DNA of 60,203 nucleotides, filler included, from Basidiobolus ranarum (Eukaryota): NCBI GenBank assembly GCA_040143965.1. It is 4 parts of 4 records of this genome, joined end to end, with 100 filler letters (N's around TTAATTAATTAA, not from the genome) between each part and the next. Parts side by side here need not be neighbours in the genome. Positions count along the whole stretch, not along the records: positions 45,247 to 60,203 come from JASJQH010000403.1; 3 more parts are not named here. One strand, 5' to 3'. Shown piece by piece: positions 50,695 to 60,203 of this stretch (position 1 is its first letter; each line of letters starts with the position of its first letter). The notes under the pieces were generated by a model. It saw only the letters and a program-made list of their open reading frames with translations, ran no database searches and was not told where the DNA came from. The position numbers and the translations under genes were made by a program.

Positions 50695-52131
50695 TTATAC
50701 AACATTACCACAACGATTGACAACCTCTGAGGTGGACCAGCTCTTAATACTGATGTAAGTAACAAAGATCATCACACCAAATCCAAAGAGGGACAAGATG
50801 ATGTCTCCAGTCTTTACCCAAATGTTTTTGGCGCAAGTTTTGAAATGGAATAGCGCGGGATAGATAAAGAGTAGCGGGATACATCCAAAACCACCAATTA
50901 ACGAAACAAAATTGTCCAGGTTAGAAGCACCACCCCACGAGATTAAGCTAAGGCAGACGCAGAGTAAAGCGCGGAAAAGATTTTTTTCCCATTTTACCAT
51001 AGTCGATTTTCTTCCTGATCTACCACCAAAGATGGCTCCTTCCAAAATCTTGGTGGCAGGAAAAATCATCAGTGGGAGAGTAAGAAGAATAGCAGCCACA
51101 TAGCAGAATTGAACCACCTTGGTAGTGGGTTGATTGTCTGGCATATTTAACAAAATGATGGTCTCCGTTGAGCTACCAAAGGCAGCGTAAGACACTGCTC
51201 CTACTCCAACGAAGATTGCGGTAACTGAGACAATAACGGATGCAAGAACAACAGGAAACCGTTTTGGCTCCTTCATGGAGTTCACCACAGGTAAAACCAA
51301 GCCTATTCCTTCGAAACTGAATAAAGCAGTGCCGATGAAAAGTGGGAAATCTTGCGAATTAAATAACTTGAAGTCTCCAGTACCAACAGTAACAAAATGA
51401 TCAATGTCAACGTAGAAGATATAGACGATACCAAAGAGGATAAACACATTGGCAACCAATGAGCCGTATGAGAATGCCTTGATCTTTCTCACCATAGCAA
51501 ATGGAACGTAGAATGCCAATTGCATGAAAATGAAGTATTTTACTGGGATATCTACTTTACATCCAGAGATGGTATGAGTTAACTCGTAAAGATTCTGGGC
51601 AACGAAAATGAAATAAGCGCAACAAAAACCCAACTATTGATAAAAAGGGAGGGTTAGTATAGTTTGAGGAGTTTGTGAGTTAGTCTCCATTCTTACCTGA
51701 GAAATAGTAATTGATGTTCGTACTAGAATTCGTACCGTCTTTCCGTACAAAATACCGCCTATCTCTCCAAATTCACCAGGAACTTGGAGACGCACTTTCA
51801 CTAAAAGCAGTGTAGCACATGCCGTGAGACTACCAACAAAAATTAAAATGATTACGGAGAAGAGAAGACCTCCATTATAGAAAGCCTTCGGTAGAAAAAG
51901 AATACCGGTGCCAACGAAGGCTTTTATCAATAAGAGGAAAGCCTTCTTAGCGGACGTTTTCTCACCAGGTTCTTCAATAACAATACTTGGGTCATCCTCA
52001 TCTCTATCTTCATATGGTGTGGGGTGCATTGTAAGAGAGTGCCCGGCTTCCACGGATGTGTTAACAGATGCAACTTCCAAGTTGGAAGTCTTCTCGTCAT
52101 AGATGTAGGATTTTGGCGAAATAGCAGCCAT
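50695..52131 (-). CDS. AAAP-family amino-acid transporter (Avt3/Avt4-like), 2 exons
   Basis: KAFLLLIKAFVGTGILFLPKAFYNGG, SQ|xGFCCAYFIFVAQN, FIGTALFSFEGIGLVLP, LDNFVSLIGGFGCIPLLFIYP. Confidence 0.92.
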
Positions 52132-55100
52132 GATGGTGATGGTTTCTAGGGAGATTTCAATACAACGGTAAAAGGGAAGTGACTATCTCTGACTGAAACC
52201 AGATCTCGAAGTTGATCGCTTTCAAGTATTAATTTGGTATGGAAGAGTAACTTCTGCTTGTCTTTATGTTAAGACGGGATTGCTGTGAATGATTTGAGAA
52301 AGTAGGACTGAGGTATGGCTTATATAGCAATAGCGTTGCAGATCTGGGATGGCACCTCATGTTACTCGCAGGATTGTTTAGCTTAAGCATTTGATAGAGT
52401 TTACTACTTGATTCTAATAAAAACTTTCTAGGCTCTTTAAACATTTGAGAAAAGCAAGATGATCCTTTGGTACCATACTATATTGACCCTATTTGGTGAA
52501 GTAGATGTATTTTCCAACTATGATGTCAGAGACCAAGGTTGTCATGCTAGGCACTCAACAACTCATTGTAAATTAATAAATCTCTGTAATTCGAGTAGGA
52601 TTTCCTCACCAATGGGGTGGCTTGTTGTCTGCAGGTTCAATAAGAAGACATAGAATGATTTCATGGTATTTGAGGCGATTTTCTTTCTGTCTATTTTTGG
52701 CACCGGTCGATCATACAGATTAGCTCGTTGGTGGCACTCACCCCACCGTAATATGGGAGGGTGGTCACAACCGACAGTTGGAAAAGTATGGACTTTTGGT
52801 AGACTGGAGAGCACCGCTTCATCATCAGTAAGCATTGATTGGTGAGGATGGACATGTCTCCAGATGCTTGGTTGCGTGTTTTGGGTGAAGAATGATGATC
52901 TAAATATGATACAAAGAGTCGCCATTTTCATGTGTGTGATCTTGGCATAGCTTAGAGCCATGATGGACGGAATCCGATTGCTTTGATGCAGTGTTGTGCA
53001 TACGCGAACGGCGAAATCCGATCAGTCATTGCAAAACAAATGCCCGCCCCAGCTACTGTCAGAGAGTTCTCTCACACTTACGTCTGTTTGCTGTTGATGA
53101 AATCACAAGCGCAAATTCCCAAACTTGTTGAGGGAATCTGATCATGATCTAGGTTGCATGCTACAGGTGAAACCCGTTCCATACCTCAATTAGAACAAGT
53201 GTTCCCCGTATCACATAGACTGGAGGAGATCGATCAGAGCCTACGGTTCAGTTGGGTCCATGTAAACCAGTTGCTACGTAATATCGGGCTAACTAGATGG
53301 CGAAAGTTATTTGGGCCATATCTGTCTCGCGTATCGACACAGTATCTGTGAGGTATATTTCCCACGCTTATGTCTATAATGATAGTCAGCAAACAACAGA
53401 GTTTTAAGATCAAGTCGACGCATGTGATAGGATCCCATGATCCCCAAACAAAACCGCTGGCCTGGAAATCGTATTACTTTCGAATGATCAATATAACCGA
53501 AAATGGACATCACTCCAGAGTTCCATACCGCCCTATATTTGGTAATTAGGTTCGGTCTCGCAAATGCCGACCCTTGAGCCCAGACCAGCCAGGTACCGAT
53601 CTGAGATTGATGTATTTGTAAAGTGAAGAAATCGACACTTTGATACCCGAATGAGCCACCTTAACTTGGATTTAGATCCAAATCAGAACTCTTGGACACC
53701 ATATAACGAATATGGTGCTATGAATGACAATCTGCTCAAATATGGATATTTACTCAGACAATCGGTACTAGATGATCTCATTCATCTGAATACATCGTAA
53801 GAGGTACTGAGGTTTGACGAAAGAGGTAGGGCTGGCGATAAAGATGATGTAATGGTAGGTTCAGGCGCCCTTTGCTTTGCTGGATTTTTCGAATATCAAC
53901 ACAATTCAAACATCGGAAATACCACATATCGTCGAGTTATTCTGGAATAGTCATTTGACTACCATAAGCCCAATAGGGGAAGTACTAGCAATCAATGGGC
54001 TTGAAGAAATAATCTACGATGAAGGCCTTGAGAGTTGATAACAAGCGTGGTGCCTTGTCACCAACTCCATTTGATACGCGCTTCAATGTCATCATGTATT
54101 TACTTTGGAGCTGAAAGGGCAGCCAAACAAATTTGAAACTGGCGAAGTTCCTTGGAAACACAATCCCAATTGGTGGTACATGTTTGGACACTGACTACAT
54201 TGCTGTATATCAATACTGCGGCTTGCTATACGTCATAGCGACCACTCAGACTCTTTTGTTTAGAAATCTGAAAAATTTGTACAGTAAGCAATTGTATAGT
54301 ACAAAGCAAGGTGGGTAGTACCCATTGTAGAGAAAGACTGGCTTGAATATCGGGTATATTTTTCTGGATTAGCCTGTGGCGTTGTTCGGATGGTGGGAAC
54401 GCTTTATCTAAGTTTTCGACACTGACCAACTTTGAATGATTCCAATGTTTTCCACTAGGTGGGTTCACCTCAGTATAGGTTGGCTTGGAGATGCAAACCT
54501 GTATGATCATGTTTCAGCATATACTGAAAATCTTTGGTTATACTTGTGCTGGAATAACCTAGTTTGAGGGATCAGAGCTTACATGGCGAATGAGCAAGTC
54601 ATATTTCATGCAGATCAATATTCGTAGCATGAAACTAGATCTTCTAAACGAGAGTATTTTGTGGTGCAGACATACCTGCTATGATATCGGTTAAATGTCA
54701 GACCAAGTCCAATCGGATATGCCGCTCTATAATACTGCAGTTGACTGGACTTGGATACAGGGGGAATGTATTGGACTGTATTTGGGATAATACAAGTTTC
54801 TAAGATGCTTTAGAGGATAGTAGGCACTGTGGTTAATTAATTGCTGACAAATTAGTATGTCTATTTTCATGAGAAATATCGGAAATTGAAAGATTTCGAG
54901 ATTCACAGGATTCGCGCCAAGTGTGGGCGAGGCATCAAGTTTTATGAGTCTATCTCCATGTTCCCGCTACTTTAGGAGAACCTGTTAGAAGCATAAATAT
55001 GATAGTTGAGCACTTTAATATTGTTGTGTTATTATGTTGAACATCTTTATAGCATAGCTGGGATGCATCGAAAAGTTGCAATTCATTGAGAAAATATCGA

Positions 55101-57161
55101 TTTCAGATTTGTCGAAAACCCCTGAAATGTTAGTTCTATATTATAGATTATAGATTTTCTTTGCTGAACTCATAGTTGTGTAAGATTGTGACATAAAAAG
55201 TAGGAAGTATATTTGAGTGTAGGTAGTTGAGAGTTTTCGACCTGGTTCAAGTTGGATTTTTTGTCAACAACCTTGACTTTCAATGTGATGATACTAGAGA
55301 GTATATGTTAGATTGTATGAAATAGCCATCTTATATAGTTAATGCCAGATGGTTCTGTGCTTAATATACTTCTACTTAGCCAGATCCATACATACTTGTA
55401 TTGCTTCTTTCTTCTGCAAATATGATACTAATGGCCATATCATAATCTTACAACAATGTTATCTTATCTAGTAAAGAAAGATTTCATTCCAGTAAAGACT
55501 TTGATCCATGGTAACATAATGAACATTACTCTGGATCACCATGAATGCTGTAAATATAGCTTAGTAGCTATCAAGCATAAGGTTTAGAAGTGTTAGGAGT
55601 AGCATAGCCATAAAATATACGAACAATCGAAAATGACAAAGTTAAGGTTTTAGTTGATTTAAAATATGAATCTTAGTCGTGACATTAGTTTCATCTGCAA
55701 ACAACTCTTTAGACTCCTCTTATCCTCAATAATACTGAAATGGAGATAGACTTTCACCTCTCATGACTTCAGCAACACACCAATCGGAGACGGTTATTGA
55801 CAATATCAGGTTAAGGACTATACATATATAACCCTTACTTCCCTACTAAAGTATGATAGTGCTAACCTTGAGTTATCTGGATCAACAGTGGGAAGTTTCT
55901 AAGACAGCCATCATGTGAATGATTTTACCTATCATTCTTGAAATTAGATCATTGAATCCTATGGATTGGGTAATCTCTGATTCAATGGAGGCTATTTCCA
56001 CGTGCCAGCATAGTAAAAATCCAGGGTAAAGGATTCTTCGGTCACATGTATGCGCACTCTTCGATCACATTCTATTTGGTGATCCTAATACTTCAAAACC
56101 CTTTGATTTTGGAGAAGTCTCAGTTATGATTTGATTAAGGTACTAGATTCCAATGAACCATGTCTTATCATTAGAATCTGAGTAGGTGTTGTAGCGGCTA
56201 TGGAATTTCGTAGAACAAATTCACGGGTTGAATGAATACATGTAACTACTCGTCATAGCCATATGAGTACAATGTGCTCTAGATGGAGTTCAATGAATGA
56301 TATGGACTTCATCGCCTTTCAGCATGGTGAGTAATTATGTGGATTCGATTGTTGGCTAAGATAAACTTGAAGTGGGGATTGCTTTTCAATCAACGGATTT
56401 AGGATGATGCAAGCATTGTTAACGTTGTGACATTACTGATGGCATCCAGTTTGGCATCGCTACTAATACGGGTTTCTTCGCCACTCTCTCCTTTGATGGT
56501 GTAGCTCAACTCTATGAAAGCGTGATGCAGATATCTCATAACGGGTCATTTTATTTAAGTATCACTCAGAAGATTCAGGATGAGGGACTAATACCATTGA
56601 TGGTCATTCGTGCCAATGCAACCTGATTGTTCCGGTACATATAGCAGGAATTTTCATCTGTAACTGGTTTTCTTCCCAAAATCGGAATTTCAGAATTTTA
56701 TTCCCTTGAAATTAATTCAGTGGCGAAATCAAATGAATCGAGTCGCACACTAACAGGCTAAAGTGAATCCATTGAAACTTTCCCAAACGTTAGTCTGGTC
56801 ACGATTCACTCTGCACCATAGCATATCCATATTAATCCCAGTTATGATTCCGGTCTGATGATATTAATCCATGCAACATTGCCGACTGTTCGTATTGATT
56901 TATTTTCTAGTATATCTATGGTTCACCATTTGCACTAAAGCAAGCAGTTACATTGGGTGGGGGGTTGAGTTTCATAGTAAGAGATGTTGGCTTTATAGAT
57001 ACAAAGATGGGGAGGTGAGAGAAGCATCACATACCCCTGTCCACATATACTCTGATTTTTTACAGGTTTGAGTAGATGAAGTTGAATGGATTCACTAAAT
57101 GGTATCTTTTTTAATTATCGGATGAATGAACGTCTAGCAAATCGACAACAGTTCGTCAATG

Positions 57162-58474
57162 TTACTTTGTGTTGGTCGTGACAGAGGTGCTACGCTCTAG
57201 ATCAGGCATCTCTGTTGCTGGATTTGGTAGCTCAATATGGTGTTGATCTTGGTTTTTGGATTTGGATAATAATCGAACTCCAAATACTAAGACAATAACT
57301 CCGACCAATATCATAAGCAGTACCCACCATGGATACGTTTCGAATTGATTCAAATACACACATGTATTGAATAGTCCAACACACGTATAGAAGCAATAGA
57401 ATAGTGGAATCACTACCACAGAATTCGCATATTTGAGGGCATTATTCAGGCAGTATAGCTAGAGAACGGATTAGAAAAATGGGGAAGAACTTCGCAAGAG
57501 TAAAATCACTTATACCTGCAGTATGGCAGTAAAAACAAGACCGATCACAATGGAAATTGACAAGGCATCAGTAAACTGATTGTCACTGGAAAGCGAGATA
57601 GCGAGTAGACGGATCCTGAAAAATTGAGTGATATTTAGTAACCTTTTCCAACGAAAATGGTGTAAGATAGTGGTATATTCACCCGCTCTTTGCTAACAAA
57701 AGTGTTTCACTTGCAAATAGGCCACCAATACAAGCAAAGGACATGCCTATTAAACGGAGTAAACGAATATCTTCTATCGATTTGAACAACCAAATTTTCT
57801 GCTTTTTTTCGTTATTTTCCAGCAATTTTTTGGTGTAGGCAACGAATATAAAGCTTCCTATGGTGGTGACGTTTAGAATACTAAAGTATGTGATAAATAA
57901 CGGCCGGTAGTAAAGAAGCTTTAGAGTTTCCAAAGAAAGGTCGTTCTCATCTGAGTTTATAACTTTGTTACAATATTTTTCAAACAACGTATGGTGCAAA
58001 TGGACTTACAATCATCTCCCTGTCCAAGTCCTCCAAATACAACTACCCATATCACACTACATATGACAATAGCAGTTCCATATAGGTCATTTCGAGTTAT
58101 GGGTGTACCTACGAGGAGTCTAGCAAAGAGAAAGTTGAATATAAGAGCAGCGGAGCCGAGTGGGGCAACCCACTGAGTTTTTAAGAAATCTGCAGAGTAA
58201 GGTCAGATACATGATTGGTCTTTTAAGAAAAGGGAACAATAACAGATAACATACTTAAGGCAACAGTACTACCAATCACTTGACTTCCAACATAACAAAA
58301 TAAACCCAAGTGCCAGCCCCAACGTAGAAATTCATGTTTTCGAAGGTTTGGTGGTAAAGCCTCATTCCTGGTGTGGTCCCGCTTCATGAGATTGGCTCCA
58401 AAAGCATCGGCTATTGACGCACACAGTGAAACGATAAAGCCGATAATGTAATTGAGTATTGTAGCTTCCGGCAT
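57162..58474 (-). CDS. NIPA-like (DMT superfamily) putative Mg2+ transporter, multi-exon
   Basis: AFGANLMKRDH, WHLGLFCYVGSQ, VAPLGSAALIFNFLFARLLVGTPITRNDLYGT, QLYCLNNALKYANSVVVIPLFYCFYT. Confidence 0.85.
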
Positions 58475-60203
58475 GACTGACTAGTTTTCAGGGAATAAGA
58501 AGTTTATAGATCAACTATATACAGCAGATAGAGTGTAGAGTCTTGGAGAGCGGAAATATCAGGATTAATAACACGAGCAGACTGAATATAAAGACAAGAA
58601 CCAAGCCTATTAATAGGTTTGAAAAGATCACCAAAAAAGAACTCGAAAGTAATTAGTCAATGTCCACAAAGCTACAAATTCAACGCCTAATGTAACTTAT
58701 AAGGTAATCATAAAGCATGTATTCTTGATTCAGGAATCGCAGTGACCTTTATAGTATTCATGGCGAGGAAAAATGATCCAATTGTTATATACCATCGCAG
58801 CCTATTGCTTTAAATTTCCATTTCCAACAAATAGAAACCCGATGCCAGTGACTAAATGACGATCAGTTTTCTAACGATAACGTTAGTCATGCATGCAGTT
58901 TAGATTCAATGGATCTCCTGGCAGATAGTTTCTTGTCAATAGAATATCTTTGTTATCCTTACATAATGCAGTATGACATAATCTGCCACTTGAACGAAGC
59001 AACATCTGCCATTCATCCCAAGAGGTTGGGTTGCACTAGTAGAGAGGGGCTCTCCCAAGCATCGGCACTGCTGATCCACTTATTGGATACGAGGAATGAA
59101 GCCAGGATAGCGTTTTCCCTAATTCGGAAATCCGGAGAACTTTAAACAAATCCCACAGTTTTACCGACTTGGCAAGCCAGGTATCAAGAGCTTCAAATAT
59201 TTGTTATCAAACTCAGCGCCGGGGCGAATCAGCGAGTTCTATTGAGAAGGAATTTTTCTTTTACAGTATTGGGTGTAATGCTTGAAAGTACCCGCGACCG
59301 TAATCTTGGATATGTTTATAGTGGCTGCTTCGTAGCCAGACATGACGGCAACCATTCTAGGAAATCGATTGGAACACTATTGGCTTTACTAGTATCTCCG
59401 TTTGCTCTTACGTCGAGATAGCCAGTGGATTTCTTCCCATTTCAGACGCTACTTCATTGGGAAATGTCTGAAACTTGGCGAAAAGATGATATATGTTTAC
59501 CGTTTTCTCCATCCAAAATAAAAAATCATATTTTACAGCATGTCCCAATCTCTATGTCTTGGCATCAGCTAGCATGAGCACTTCTTCCAGATCAGGCCGT
59601 AGTCTATAAAGAAACGCGCCATTTTTTGAAGATAAGCTTGGGTTGCCAGCTCCAAGTAGTCTGTTGTACACGCACCCATGAACTTCGTTATGTCACAATT
59701 GTCAGAAAAATGAAGGTTCACACTATTAATACTCTTCCAGAGTTGGTCACAATTTTTATGAAGTGCAGTACGCGAAAAGAATATTCTGCCTGTAAATTCA
59801 TCTTTAACTTTGCATGTATTATATTGTGTCCAACAAACAAGGCACATTGTTGCCTATTTATGGCATGCATGAGTTTTGTTGGTGCCTATCTCTCCGCTCT
59901 GGCGCTGCCAAGAATTTAAATCAATTCCTTATAGATTGTCTCATTCTTAGTGAAAGCAATAATATCGCATATCCTCCGTTCATGCAAAGCTATTTGTCTT
60001 CTCTGAGTTTAGTGTAACGATTCTTAAATAGACTATATCTGATGCTATGACACGATAGATTTAAGACTTCCATAGCTCTGGAAGTTTCAGATCTAGTTGT
60101 CTTGGAAAGAAGAGGAGACAAACGTTCCCAACCAACACAACATGCCAACGGTATTTTACAGTGTTAGGTTCAAGAATACCCAAGTTACTTGTTAGTATAC
60201 CTT

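Noticed and set aside
52200-57100. 5-kb gene-free region with several 60-130 aa ORFs
   Set aside because: ORFs overlap on both strands with no domain signature; treated as intergenic.
58900-59950. Coding-like fragments near the end of contig 4
   Set aside because: No identifiable family; may be decayed sequence but cannot be supported.

Overview
Eukaryotic DNA from an early-diverging fungus (short ~50-90 nt GT-AG introns, fungal-type H3 and U6; Basidiobolus or a related zygomycete is my inference, not a database result). The window is four unrelated contigs of decreasing length (1-14993, 15094-30076, 30177-45146, 45247-60203) joined by artificial 100-nt N44-TTAATTAATTAA-N44 linkers, so adjacency across linkers means nothing. 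Most genes are housekeeping. Contig 1: DnaJ, F-box/ankyrin protein, acyl-protein thioesterase, DUF262 protein, Git1-like permease, Pcl-type cyclin. Contig 2: two syntaxins, Tsc13, a hexokinase-like protein, Pmp3, RNase T2. Contig 3: Iml1/DEPDC5 (partial), Pho85, H3, H4, Num1-like protein, PI-PLC-X protein, U6 snRNA. Contig 4: TRIM37-like E3 ligase, amino-acid transporter, NIPA-like transporter. The strongest signal is only partly visible in the ORF track: contigs 1 and 4 each begin with a decayed, intron-containing Fanzor (eukaryotic TnpB-like RNA-guided nuclease) gene of one family. The contig-4 copy keeps RuvC-III, a hairpin-rich candidate omegaRNA region and a Tc1/mariner-like CACTG|TA end. 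Other notable items are a spliced GmrS-like DUF262 gene with a histone-like MCB element, a fungal TRIM37 carrying a Pcf11-type zinc finger, and a hexokinase that has lost its ATP-binding motifs.
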